Positions 17,589-27,931 of a DNA stretch of 64,000 nt are shown piece by piece. Each line of letters starts with the position of its first letter. Position 1 is the first letter of the stretch. The position numbers and the translations under genes are program-made. The DNA is taken from contig JAFGQE010000024.1 of assembly GCA_016935835.1 (NCBI GenBank), forward strand, positions 12,338 through 76,337, in the 5' to 3' direction. Under the pieces are notes generated by a model. That model made no database searches. It was not told where the DNA came from and saw only the letters and a program-made list of their open reading frames with translations. This DNA is from Clostridia bacterium (GTDB lineage Bacteria; Bacillota; Clostridia; DUPQ01).

Positions 17589-18290
17589 CATCCTGTCGCC
17601 TTCTATTATTTTTTTCATGCCCCCGGGATCAAGAATTTCAATTTGCCGTCCGTTGAATGACAGGACACCTGCATCCCTTAGTTTTATCATCTCCCTTGAT
17701 AATGATGGTCTTTCAACGTTGAAAAATTCAGCAAGCTCATATCTTTTCATGGGTAAGTCTATGATACTTTTGCCTTTTTCCAAATAAATATTGTAAATAT
17801 ATGTACAAATTTTTGTTTTCAATCCCTTTATCGCCATGTATTCGATCCGTTTTGTGAGATTGACAGCCTTCCATGATAATATGCCAAGCATGTTTTGCTG
17901 AATTATGCGGTGTGCCTCGCATGCATTTGAGCACTGCCGCACTATGCTGCCCGGGATAATGTACATCACCGTGGAGTCGGTCAGACTTTCTACCGTGGCC
18001 GGCCACAGTCTCTCAAAGGCAAACGCCGCCGTTTCACCAAACAAGTCTCCTTTTCCAACGGATCCCAGTATAACCCTGTTTCCGGTAATCCCTGTCTTGA
18101 AAATTCCCATGGTTCCGCAAAGAACAAGACCGATTCCAAACAGGTCCCTTCCTTCAACTGCAGCAACATCGCCTTTTTTGTATTTTCTTATTACCGGATT
18201 CATGCATCCCAGCAAATGCTCCATTTCGCCCGATTTTATTCCCAGGAACAACTTGCTCTCCGCCAATGTTTTTATATATGTTCTGTACAT
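17586..18290 (-). CDS. Crp/Fnr-family transcriptional regulator (cNMP-binding domain + C-terminal helix-turn-helix (HTH)); possibly HcpR-like
   Basis: About 234 aa. The N-terminus is a cNMP/effector beta-roll ('GDLFGE...A') and the C-terminus is an HTH 'RYELAEFFNVERPSLSREM'. An RBS AGGAGA precedes the ATG at 18290. Confidence 0.75.
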   Translation of the reverse strand: MYRTYIKTLAESKLFLGIKSGEMEHLLGCMNPVIRKYKKGDVAAVEGRDLFGIGLVLCGTMGIFKTGITGNRVILGSVGKGDLFGETAAFAFERLWPATVESLTDSTVMYIIPGSIVRQCSNACEAHRIIQQNMLGILSWKAVNLTKRIEYMAIKGLKTKICTYIYNIYLEKGKSIIDLPMKRYELAEFFNVERPSLSREMIKLRDAGVLSFNGRQIEILDPGGMKKIIEGDRM

Positions 18291-18303
18291 ATTTCTCCTA
18301 CGT

Positions 18304-18317
18304 GTAACATATGTTAC
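18304..18317. promoter_or_regulatory. perfect 14-bp palindrome GTAACATATGTTAC (GTAAC-N4-GTTAC), a candidate Crp/Fnr(HcpR)-type operator
   Basis: It sits 14-28 nt upstream of the crp-family start codon, in the divergent region shared with the ferredoxin-like gene. Confidence 0.5.
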
Positions 18318-18512
18318 CAATATTATGAGTGAATTATATTATATTTACATTGTCTGTGCAATGGCACGGATAAGCGTGGAAGGTGCAGGGGTTTATACGC
18401 TTTTACCGGGAAATTCCCGGGCCCGGGATGCTTTAAAATGTAAAACAAGGCTATAAACAAGGCATTTTTACATTATCCGGCAAACCCTGGTTACATAAAG
18501 GAGATTAATTTT

Positions 18513-19232
18513 TTGAAAAGAGCAATAATACATATCGACGAGGAAAAATGCAATGGATGCGGGCTTTGCATAAGCGCCCGCCACGAAGGAGCCCTTCAGT
18601 TGGTTGATGGAAAGGCACGCTTGATTCTTGAATCATATTGCGATGGATTGGGAGACTGTCTTCCCGAATGTCCAAAGGGTGCGATAACGCTGGAGGAACG
18701 CGATGCCGCCGAATATGACGAAGAGGCCGTCAAGGCAAGAACAGTTGAAACGCCTTGCCATTCCTCAGAAACACTGGAGTGCGGTTGTCCCGGCTCACAG
18801 ACCCGAACAATCCATCATGAATCCACAAACAGCAAGGATCAGGGAAATACGTCTTTTTCTATTCCGTCCCAACTGCGGCAATGGCCGGTTCAGATCAAGC
18901 TGGTTCCAACAAGGGCACCATTCTTCAACAACGCACGGCTTCTTGTCGCTGCAGATTGCACCGCCTATGCCTATGCCGGTATCCATACTGACTTTATCAG
19001 GGATCGTATAACAATAATCGGATGTCCCAAGCTCGATATGACGGACTACACTGAAAAACTTTCCGCAATAATCAAGAACAATGATATACGCAGCATTACC
19101 GTTCTTAAAATGGAGGTTCCCTGTTGCAGCGGTCTCTCGAACTCTGTCAGGAATGCGATGGTTGACAGCGGCAAATACCTGCCCTGGAATGTTGTAACCG
19201 TTACAACGGACGGACAGCTGATAGAATCGTAG
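18513..19232 (+). CDS. ferredoxin-like iron-sulfur protein (2x[4Fe-4S] N-terminal domain plus a Cys-rich C-terminal domain; FrdX-like)
   Basis: 'CNGCGLC...CPKGAI' and 'CCSGLSN'. TTG start with a strong RBS AAGGAG 9 nt upstream. Confidence 0.6.
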   Translation: MKRAIIHIDEEKCNGCGLCISARHEGALQLVDGKARLILESYCDGLGDCLPECPKGAITLEERDAAEYDEEAVKARTVETPCHSSETLECGCPGSQTRTIHHESTNSKDQGNTSFSIPSQLRQWPVQIKLVPTRAPFFNNARLLVAADCTAYAYAGIHTDFIRDRITIIGCPKLDMTDYTEKLSAIIKNNDIRSITVLKMEVPCCSGLSNSVRNAMVDSGKYLPWNVVTVTTDGQLIES

Positions 19233-19424
19233 GCATTTGTATTAATCCACTGTCTGAACGCGAGCTGCCGCCGGGCTGTATTTTAGGCTGTCTTTCTCCC
19301 TTTGTTTTTGTGGTAAAATATCCTTGGATGGTTAAGCCGCACTTATTGTATGCAAACGCATCGGAATGACGGTTCGAGTTGTTTCCGAAAAGGGCAAGGG
19401 TGGCTGCGGCGGCGTAAGGGAAAG

Positions 19425-21317
19425 ATGAAAAAAACAGTTATTGCCCTGATAATAATAATTCTGCTATGTTCAGCTGTTTTTGCAGCCTTTTATCTTGTGA
19501 CTCAACGGGGTGCACTGGCTTTTGACGCTTGCTTCTATGCAGACGGCGATTTTACCGGACCAGCTGTGTGCTACGATGCGGCCTTGTATAAAAGCAATGC
19601 ATTGCTTGATGCCGTCCGGTCGTCTGAAAAATCAGCGCTTACCGATTTCAATGGTTATTACAAGGGCACCCTGCAAGTTACATACAAGCCGGATATAACA
19701 ATGGATTATACGGTCTTGATAAATCCCTGGTCCGGAATCGGACTGATAGAAAAAGGATTGCTGTCAAAAAAGTATTTTTTGCTTGAACCTTCCGTCATGG
19801 AGTTTCTCCTTGAGCCCATATCCCTTGGAATTGTATCGCCCGGCGACGGGGAGCCCGAGCCAATAAATTGCACCGGCGCCATCACCGCAATACCGTCAAG
19901 CCTTGTTTTTCAAGGCGGCAGGCCCGAAATGTCAAAGAGCACCCGCGAATACAAACTTCATGCCCTGCTGACCGCCGGCTTCACCCTTGAGTATGACCTT
20001 TTCCTTGACATGGAATCAGGAAATGCGTTTGCCAGAACCCCATCAGGATATTATTCAATCCCGGAGGAATGCGCAGAAGTTTTGTTTTCACTTGATTCCG
20101 TTTTCCCCGAGTATATTAGCATAAATCAGCCAATCCCTATGATTTCGCTGACCGCCCCCCATGTTCTTATCCCCCTGTCAACCGAATCTTCCTGGACTCA
20201 TGTAAAACCTTCGGGCGATGAATATATAAGCAATCCTTCCCACCTTGAGTCCAATGTTTCCCAGACCATCGAGGCGGGAACCCAAATCAAGGCTGTTTTT
20301 GAAGATGAAAACGCCCCGGACCGTCTTTCCCTGGTGGAAATCAGGGACGGAGAAATTCACAAAACCTTTGATTTGCTTTCACAGAACGCTTTTGTGCCGT
20401 CTTTCGAGGGACTGATCGAATACCGTCTGGAAGCTTTTTATGACGCGAATAACTATCCGGGGTCGCACGGGACGGTGGTTCAACGTTACATATTCGACAT
20501 GAACCTTCCATCGGAAGCAAAGATGCTTTACAGTGCGGTGCATCCGGGGGACGTGCTTGCATTTTTCGTGGATTATGCGGATGAAGGGGAGTCATACTCA
20601 ATAAAATCAAACCTCAAGGGCTTTACCGGTGAGCTGATGCCATATAATGATAGTCTGATCATTTATATTCCTGTAAACTGGTGGACTTCTCCGGGGACAT
20701 ATTATGCGGAACTATACAAGACTGTGCCGGGTGAAACCGAACTTTTTGAAAAATACTCAATAACCGTACTTCCCGACAATTTTGAGACAACCAACCAGCA
20801 GCTGGTTGTCTCGGATGAACTTGCGGACAAGGCAAGTGCAGATGCATCCGCATATGATGCAATGAGGGTCGCTGCCGCAAAGGCCCGCAGCAATCCGACA
20901 TCGTACCTTGAAGGCGCCTTCGTCATGCCTCTTGACGGTGAGCTTGGAACCAGCTTTGGCCGAACGAGGTATATCAACGGGGCGAATCCATACAGGCACT
21001 CCGGACTTGACATCGACGGGGAAACCGGGGATCCCATAGTCGCGGGAAACAGCGGTGTCGTCGTCATGGCGGAAGAGCTGATAAGATGCGGAAACACGGT
21101 TATAATCGACCATGGCATGAACCTTTTCACGAGCTACCTTCATATGAGCGCATTCGATGTGTCGGTAGGGGATTTTGTTGAAAAGGGAGATTTAATCGGA
21201 AAAGTTGGCTCAACGGGTTTTTCCACCGGCTCGCATCTCCATTGGGCCGCCACATTGAACGGGAATTATATCAGTCCCCTGTGGCTTGTGGAAAATCCCA
21301 TCGTACCCATGGAATAA
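19425..21317 (+). CDS. membrane-anchored M23 (LytM) family metallopeptidase with a large N-terminal extracellular domain
   Basis: N-terminal TM anchor. The C-terminus has M23 motifs 'HSGLDID...' and 'GSHLHW'. Confidence 0.7.
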   Translation: MKKTVIALIIIILLCSAVFAAFYLVTQRGALAFDACFYADGDFTGPAVCYDAALYKSNALLDAVRSSEKSALTDFNGYYKGTLQVTYKPDITMDYTVLINPWSGIGLIEKGLLSKKYFLLEPSVMEFLLEPISLGIVSPGDGEPEPINCTGAITAIPSSLVFQGGRPEMSKSTREYKLHALLTAGFTLEYDLFLDMESGNAFARTPSGYYSIPEECAEVLFSLDSVFPEYISINQPIPMISLTAPHVLIPLSTESSWTHVKPSGDEYISNPSHLESNVSQTIEAGTQIKAVFEDENAPDRLSLVEIRDGEIHKTFDLLSQNAFVPSFEGLIEYRLEAFYDANNYPGSHGTVVQRYIFDMNLPSEAKMLYSAVHPGDVLAFFVDYADEGESYSIKSNLKGFTGELMPYNDSLIIYIPVNWWTSPGTYYAELYKTVPGETELFEKYSITVLPDNFETTNQQLVVSDELADKASADASAYDAMRVAAAKARSNPTSYLEGAFVMPLDGELGTSFGRTRYINGANPYRHSGLDIDGETGDPIVAGNSGVVVMAEELIRCGNTVIIDHGMNLFTSYLHMSAFDVSVGDFVEKGDLIGKVGSTGFSTGSHLHWAATLNGNYISPLWLVENPIVPME

Positions 21318-21333
21318 TCGTATGAGGGGTCAT

Positions 21334-23037
21334 ATGAATCTTTCAATACTTAATTCAGTTCCTTTGGCGGCGCAGGCAAAGAGAATACTTTTGAGCCGTT
21401 TCTATGAAGCCTTCCCTCATTCATTGGAAAATGCAAAAACTTTCATAGTTTCATTTGAAACACGTGAAGCCGGGGGTTATGGACTTTATGTAAAGAACGG
21501 CCATATAATCATATCCGCGGGGAGCGTTTCGGAATTCATCGCGGGAGCCGGGACATTGCTAAACCTCATCAGGATGTCCGTTGTCAACAAAACGGCCCTG
21601 TCGGAAATGCATATTGAGGATGTTCCGGAGTTTTCAATCAGGACTCATTATATGCCGGCCCATTTTGGGAACTCTTTCGAAGCGGCATGGCCAAATGAAA
21701 TGAAACGGTATCTTGAGGATGCTGTCCTGGCCGGCGCGAATGGCTATGGCGACTGGTTCGATCCCAACGACATGCCGGATCCCTACAGTCCCCATGTGTA
21801 TTGCAGCAAATCAATGTCCCTTTGGGAAAAGAAAAAGGAAAACCTCAGGACCGCCAAAACGCTCGGGATGGGCACCATGCTTGTCGTCACGCATAACGTT
21901 GCTTTTACAGACCAGCTTCGCCCTGAATGGCTTGGGAAAAGGAGCCGTCGGCTTCGCGTTCAGGGTCAGGTGCTTTGTCCTTCCAATCCCGCGGCACGTT
22001 CAGTTTGCCTGAAGAACCATGACAATCTTTTTAAGGATCTTCTTGCATCCGGTGTGTTGCTGGACCGCATCGCCCTTTGCCCATACGACGACGGGGGCTG
22101 CGCCTGTGAAAAATGCCAGCCGTATTATCCTGTCTTTTTATCAATGGCTGTCGAAATCCTTGCAATTGCACAGAAATATTTTCCTGCAATCAGGCTTGAC
22201 ATAATCGGCTGGTGGACCTCGGAAGAAGAGATGGGTTTGCTCAGGAATTTTATCCGTTCGATAGGAGAGGAAGTATTCGGTCATTTTCAATTCAACCCCC
22301 CGTATTCCAGAAGTCATGATATTCCTGGGAATATCCGTGAATTCACAGGGGACATTCCTTTAAGCACCTTTGTTCACATAGGTTATTCGGACACCAGGGA
22401 GGATGTCTATAATCGATATGGCGTGCACTCCGCCCCGGATCGGTTGAAATCCTTGATTTCGACTTTCAGGAATGTGGACTGTTCCGGACTCAATACATAC
22501 AATGAGGGATTCGGGGATCACCTTAACATGCATCTTTCCTCCCGGCTTGCCCGCAATCCGGAAACATCCGTGCGGGAAATCATCCTTGATTATTGCGCGG
22601 CTATGTTCGGATGCCTGAAGGAACCAATGGAATCCATCGCCTCGATACTCGGGGAAATGCAATATTCTGATTTTTCAAAGGCAGGGGAATGGTATGCGAA
22701 ACTGGATGGACTTAAAGCTTTAATCAAAACTCCTCCCCGGCAATCCTGGGCATTCGACCATATCATTATAAAAGCCCGGCTCATGGAACTGGATTACCGC
22801 ATAGGAAACCGCATTGACTGGAAGACTCCTGCGGATATCGGCCCCGCAATGAATTTAATTGAAGAAAGACTTGAATTAAGTGAACTATTGTGGAGGGATG
22901 TATACGGTCTAGGGGTTCTTTCCCATGCTTTCATACCGGGCAGGATGTATCCTGAATGGTATGGGAAATATGCATCGATCATGGAAAAGGATAAAAGCCT
23001 GATCGTTCCGGGTTCTGTAATTGGCAAAGATGTCTGA
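21334..23037 (+). CDS. putative glycoside hydrolase (DUF4838-like / GH20-related TIM barrel), function uncertain
   Basis: 567 aa with a Cys cluster 'CPYDDGGCACEKC'. An RBS GAGGGG precedes the ATG at 21334, 17 nt after the upstream stop. Confidence 0.35.
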   Translation: MNLSILNSVPLAAQAKRILLSRFYEAFPHSLENAKTFIVSFETREAGGYGLYVKNGHIIISAGSVSEFIAGAGTLLNLIRMSVVNKTALSEMHIEDVPEFSIRTHYMPAHFGNSFEAAWPNEMKRYLEDAVLAGANGYGDWFDPNDMPDPYSPHVYCSKSMSLWEKKKENLRTAKTLGMGTMLVVTHNVAFTDQLRPEWLGKRSRRLRVQGQVLCPSNPAARSVCLKNHDNLFKDLLASGVLLDRIALCPYDDGGCACEKCQPYYPVFLSMAVEILAIAQKYFPAIRLDIIGWWTSEEEMGLLRNFIRSIGEEVFGHFQFNPPYSRSHDIPGNIREFTGDIPLSTFVHIGYSDTREDVYNRYGVHSAPDRLKSLISTFRNVDCSGLNTYNEGFGDHLNMHLSSRLARNPETSVREIILDYCAAMFGCLKEPMESIASILGEMQYSDFSKAGEWYAKLDGLKALIKTPPRQSWAFDHIIIKARLMELDYRIGNRIDWKTPADIGPAMNLIEERLELSELLWRDVYGLGVLSHAFIPGRMYPEWYGKYASIMEKDKSLIVPGSVIGKDV

Positions 23038-23107
23038 CCATCCATGTCTTTCCGGACGCATCGCACATTGACCGGTTGCATTCATCTGCCGATTCAAAGG
23101 TTGCCTT

Positions 23108-25312
23108 TCATTCCAACTCCGGTTCCTTGTCCGTCATTTGAAGCACAAGGGTTCCCCCGCCTGCAAGATCGTCATGATATATCCTTGAGTCAACGAGATG
23201 TTTTCCATTGAACATGGCTGAATCCACATATGGCCTGTCCGGCGAATTGTTCTTCATAATAATCCTAAACTCATCTCCGGTATAATATTTTTGATCAAGG
23301 CTTATGATAATTTCATCAAATATCGGCGAACCTATTTCATATAAAGGCTTTTCATACGCCCCTCCTTTCAAATCAAACAGACCGATGGCAAGAAGTATGC
23401 TCGTACCAGCAGAAAGTCCACAGTCGTCATCCTCACAAAACCCGCATAGCCCCGTTGATGAAAAAAGGGCCTGTCTGACCTTTCTGCTCCATTTTTGGGA
23501 GAGGCCGCACGCACCTGCATGATTGAAAAGCGACACAGTAAACCTTGTGTTTTCATTGCCATAATTAATGAATGCCCTGTCCCTATGCAATTCGGGCTTA
23601 CCGGCATAATAATTCATTTCACCTGCCATTTGAAAGGCATGATTCAACTTATCGATAAAAGCCCGCCTTCCGCCCATCAGCTCAATCAAACCGGGGATAT
23701 CGTGCGGCACATAGAAAGTATATCCCCATCCGTTTCCCTCGCAGAATCCCTTCAATGACAGCGGATCATATGGTTCGATAAAACTTCCATCCTCATTTCT
23801 AGGCCTCATGAACCCCGTGCCTGAATCAAAAAGATTCCTGTAATTCCCTGATCTTTCCAAAAATAGCTCGTGGTCCCCGTATTTGCCCAGGCTTTTTGCA
23901 AGCATGGCAATGCACCAGTGGTCATATGAGTATTCAAGTGTCTGCGCTGCTCCATCACAATGGTATCCCGGTGATTTTCTTTCTCTCTCCGGGATATATC
24001 CTCTTTCTATAAAAAATTCTATTCCTCCGTCCAGGCAGCTGCCGTGCTCATATCCCGACTTGCTCATAAGCCCCCCCGGGAATGCGTTCTTTCTAATGCC
24101 TTCATAGGCAGCCTCTATGTCAAAATTCCGTATTCCCTTCATGTATGCCGAAGAAATAAAAGCACCGGAGTGCGCTGCAATCATTACAAAGGTATAGTTT
24201 CCTCCCGATGGACCCCTGGGTATCAATCCGCCGTTCCTGTACATCTCTACAAGCGACCGGCAGTAATCGTTCTTGATATCGGGGTAAGCAATATCCCATA
24301 GCAGGCCCAGGCTCCAGTGGGCTCCCCAGAATATATCTGCGTTTGATAAAAATTGATGTTCCGGATTTCCGTTTTCATCAATGGGAATCTGCCTGATTAC
24401 AGGCTTGCCGCCGGTCATATCGCAGTATTTTCCGTCTATGTCATTTATGATATGTCCCCCGAAGGAAGTTCTCCATAAATCCGTGTAAAATTTTATTTTT
24501 TCTTGCTCTTTTCCTCCCCTGACCTCTATCCTCCCAAGAAATTTATCCCATTCGATCCTCGACTCGGAAACAACCCTGTCAAAATCCCAGTGGCAGACTT
24601 CGGCCATCATGTTTTTTGCAGCCTGTTCAGCACTTACAAACGACAATGCAGTTTTAACTATGACTTCCCGTGAGTTATGGTCTTCAAAATAAAGTGAAAA
24701 GCAATTTCCTTCCTTTTCAACCATTTCCTTAATTTGAGCGCTGAATTCCATGTGGTAATATATCCTGCATTCCCTCGGTCTTCTTATCGTCGGCGCGTTT
24801 TCCGTAAAGCCTTCAATGGCTGACCCTGAAACCATTTCAAGTTTTCCGGCGCTCATGCTGCTAGGTCCGAGTGTTTTTCCCAGGTCAATCATCAATGCCC
24901 TGCCGTGCCCGGGTTGAAACGTATACCTGTGGATACCAACCCGCTTGGTTGCGGTAAGTTCAGCGGTTATACCACATTCTTCAAGAATAATTTTGTGATA
25001 TCCGGGCCGGACCGACTCCGACTCGTGGGAATAAAAGTACCCGTCTTTGATTCCTTCATTGAATTCACCGCTGAATGGGAGAACCGGTATTGCGCCCAGC
25101 TGCCAGGAATGCATATGTGAAAAACACTTGATTCTTGGAGAGTTATACCTATAGCCCACTCCCCAGGTACCATCGGTATCTGTATCGGGGCTCAGTTGGA
25201 CCATTCCAAAAGGCATGCTTGCGGATTGGAAGAAAACCCACCTTGGATTTGGTTTAGCTGTGTCAATCAGAGGATTTACATAATCATATGGGCTTTTTGA
25301 TTGGCCGGGCAT
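23108..25312 (-). CDS. GH92 alpha-1,2-mannosidase
   Basis: 734 aa. N-terminal 'VNPLIDT...RWVFF...GMVQLSPDT' is diagnostic of GH92. RBS AAAGGAG. Confidence 0.8.
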   Translation of the reverse strand: MPGQSKSPYDYVNPLIDTAKPNPRWVFFQSASMPFGMVQLSPDTDTDGTWGVGYRYNSPRIKCFSHMHSWQLGAIPVLPFSGEFNEGIKDGYFYSHESESVRPGYHKIILEECGITAELTATKRVGIHRYTFQPGHGRALMIDLGKTLGPSSMSAGKLEMVSGSAIEGFTENAPTIRRPRECRIYYHMEFSAQIKEMVEKEGNCFSLYFEDHNSREVIVKTALSFVSAEQAAKNMMAEVCHWDFDRVVSESRIEWDKFLGRIEVRGGKEQEKIKFYTDLWRTSFGGHIINDIDGKYCDMTGGKPVIRQIPIDENGNPEHQFLSNADIFWGAHWSLGLLWDIAYPDIKNDYCRSLVEMYRNGGLIPRGPSGGNYTFVMIAAHSGAFISSAYMKGIRNFDIEAAYEGIRKNAFPGGLMSKSGYEHGSCLDGGIEFFIERGYIPERERKSPGYHCDGAAQTLEYSYDHWCIAMLAKSLGKYGDHELFLERSGNYRNLFDSGTGFMRPRNEDGSFIEPYDPLSLKGFCEGNGWGYTFYVPHDIPGLIELMGGRRAFIDKLNHAFQMAGEMNYYAGKPELHRDRAFINYGNENTRFTVSLFNHAGACGLSQKWSRKVRQALFSSTGLCGFCEDDDCGLSAGTSILLAIGLFDLKGGAYEKPLYEIGSPIFDEIIISLDQKYYTGDEFRIIMKNNSPDRPYVDSAMFNGKHLVDSRIYHDDLAGGGTLVLQMTDKEPELE

Positions 25313-25367
25313 GATTTATTCTCCTTTTTGAACTCCGCCCTGCATTCGTCTTCTATAAAAAAGCAGC

Positions 25368-26747
25368 CTATCTCCTTCTGCCGGTTCTCTTGCGGATATT
25401 TGCAAAAAGTTCCTTCTCCTTCTCAAGCCCGGTTTCTTTTTTGCTTTTCAAAAGCAGTGTGATGTTCAGTCCCATCAAGGAAATGAAAGTAAGGAAGAAC
25501 AGTATCTTGAACTCCATATATGGTATGAAGGAAATCCCATTCTCGAGCACGGAGCCCCTTATCAGATTGGCAATCGTAGGGGCAATAAGTACAAGTATTG
25601 CAATGGTCGTCGTGAAGAATCCATCGTATATCGTCCTTCCTTCCCTCGGTACATGTGAAAACCTTTCATTGAATGTGGACAAACCCCATGCCGGATTAAG
25701 GATGGCTCCGTTTATATTGAGAAAGAATATCAACAGATGAGCATTTGTCCTGAACATTATCAAATACAAGGCCGCATGTATCATGAAAAACACCATTGCA
25801 AGCCGCATGACCAGGTTTGAACCGTATTTGTCCATGAATTTTCCCCAAAGGGGATATAAAAGCATTTGTATCACTGCGCTCATCGAACCCATGACGGTAA
25901 GATAAGTATAGGATATCTCCATGTACTTGATTTCATATACAGCCGCGAATGTCATGGAAAGAAACCAGAACATGTGGAAGACTACCTGTATTATCAAAAA
26001 ACCCCGGAACTTTTTATTTTTCATCGGAATGCTGAACAGCTCGCCGAATTTGATTTTCCTACGGGTTCCTTCATGGGCAGGGGGATTGGTTATCTTATAA
26101 AAGGCATAAGATTCAAACAGTGAAAAAATCCATGCCGCGGAATATATTATGCAAAACGCAAGATACTTGTCTACACTGGAATCAAGGAAGTTCCCCGATA
26201 TGACGGGAAGTATGGCTGAGACAACAAGCGAAAAAACGGACCTGACGCCCATGTAGCGGCCCCTGATGGACGAATCTATGGTGTCTACGAACCAGCTGTT
26301 GATCAATATTGACATTACGGCATTGACCGTAAGCCCGAAGAATGTGAACGGAAGCATCACAAATGGGGCTATTTCCCGCGAAACAATAAGAGGAACCCAG
26401 ACCGCGGCGAAAATAAACGTCTTGCCTATGAAGTTAAGTATTATAACAAGTCTTCTGACATTCTTCACCCTCTCGGTCAGGGATCCCATGAATACAAGGA
26501 ATATTCCCGCAAGGTTAGGCAATATCGGAATATAGGCCATTATCGTGTCGGAAGCACCCATGTATATGTATAGGCCCGTCAGGAAGACTCCCAGGAACAA
26601 TGAGATTGTCATGGTCCCGAAAACAGACTGCAATATGAAGAAGTCCCTGTCTTTTTTCCCGGGGAATGTAAGCAGCTGCATATCGTTTCTGTAAAAAAGC
26701 AATATGAATGTTTTATATAATGCTGTTTTCAGCTTTGATTTTCTCAT
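25368..26747 (-). CDS. MFS/GPH-family glycoside:cation symporter
   Basis: 459 aa, 12 TM helices, sugar-symporter-like. Immediately upstream of GH92 on the same strand. Confidence 0.65.
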   Translation of the reverse strand: MRKSKLKTALYKTFILLFYRNDMQLLTFPGKKDRDFFILQSVFGTMTISLFLGVFLTGLYIYMGASDTIMAYIPILPNLAGIFLVFMGSLTERVKNVRRLVIILNFIGKTFIFAAVWVPLIVSREIAPFVMLPFTFFGLTVNAVMSILINSWFVDTIDSSIRGRYMGVRSVFSLVVSAILPVISGNFLDSSVDKYLAFCIIYSAAWIFSLFESYAFYKITNPPAHEGTRRKIKFGELFSIPMKNKKFRGFLIIQVVFHMFWFLSMTFAAVYEIKYMEISYTYLTVMGSMSAVIQMLLYPLWGKFMDKYGSNLVMRLAMVFFMIHAALYLIMFRTNAHLLIFFLNINGAILNPAWGLSTFNERFSHVPREGRTIYDGFFTTTIAILVLIAPTIANLIRGSVLENGISFIPYMEFKILFFLTFISLMGLNITLLLKSKKETGLEKEKELFANIRKRTGRRR

Positions 26748-26966
26748 CCCCGGTGCTCATTCCTTTTACACTAAATATAACATGAACACAATAGCACGAT
26801 ATCAAAAATATTAACAGTACCCGCTGCCATTTTAAGGTTAAAGTTTAATTCTGCGAAAAGCCTGGCGGCTACACTTAGTATGATCTTTCCCGCCCGGACC
26901 AATCCTTGGTCCCCGGCCCATCATATTGTTCCCGTAAAAGTTTCACCTTGAAATACATCATCGCCT

Positions 26967-27746
26967 TTAGGATGAGGCAAGGAAGGAAATCGCATCATAC
27001 ACATTATATACACACAGCAGGATTACGATGACAACGGTTGCGTCGAAAACAAGACTCAATTTCTTTTCGCTAATTCTTGAATGAATCAGCATCCCTGCTA
27101 TGCCGCCAACTATACCGGCCGGTATCATATACCAAAGCATAGTAAGGTTATATTGTGAAAACCCCATATCAACTGCAACCGCCGCCAGCTTTGACGATTG
27201 GGCCAGCAGAATGATGAAGATAGAGCTTACCGCCGAGTCCTTCATGTTCATATTCAAAAGAATATAAAGAACCGCTACATTAACCGGTCCTCCGCCTATA
27301 CCCAGAAATGACGATATCATCCCCAGAACAGCGCCGACAATGAAAACAATCGGAATCCTGTCCAGGCAAACCCTTGGTATCCTGTTCTTGAACAATATGA
27401 TGATCATCAGGATAATTATGAAGATTGATTGAATTATTTTTAAGGCGGAATCCCCCGCAACCCCTACAAGAAGGTAAAACAGTTCTTTTCCCGCAATTCC
27501 GCCGGCAATGGCGCCAAGGGATAAAACAATAACCTTTTTGCTTATCTTCAAGCCTCCCGATACTCTTTTTACGGTTGTTACGACTGCCATTGACAGGACT
27601 GATGCAGATGAAAGAATCCCAATGGTTTCAATGTCAAAATGACCAAGGGCATCAAGCGCCGGCTTGATGATAACCCCTCCGCCCACACCCGCAAGCGCAC
27701 CCGCAGTGGTTGCCACCAGGACAATTATAAAATATACCGCCGCCAT
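26967..27746 (-). CDS. TauE/SafE (DUF81) family anion exporter (second copy in the window)
   Basis: 259 aa with a 'GVGGGVIIKPAL' motif and hydrophobic repeats. Confidence 0.65.
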   Translation of the reverse strand: MAAVYFIIVLVATTAGALAGVGGGVIIKPALDALGHFDIETIGILSSASVLSMAVVTTVKRVSGGLKISKKVIVLSLGAIAGGIAGKELFYLLVGVAGDSALKIIQSIFIIILMIIILFKNRIPRVCLDRIPIVFIVGAVLGMISSFLGIGGGPVNVAVLYILLNMNMKDSAVSSIFIILLAQSSKLAAVAVDMGFSQYNLTMLWYMIPAGIVGGIAGMLIHSRISEKKLSLVFDATVVIVILLCVYNVYDAISFLASS

Positions 27747-27931
27747 TGTTACTGTTCCACCTTTATCGATTTATTATACATAAGCTGGGGTTCATTTTCA
27801 AATCCTCTTTTTATTATCTGGTTATATACCCTGTTAATATTATATGGTATTATTAAGCAAGTCCCCGGAGATTTATTCAATTCGGCAGGATTAATCCGGA
27901 AATGATTATTCTATTGTCTGGAGGTTATGAA

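Noticed and set aside
26748-26966. GGACCAAtccTTGGTCC hairpin upstream of the MFS gene, considered as a terminator for the second TauE gene
   Set aside because: It has no T-run on the minus strand, and I could not support it as an intrinsic terminator.
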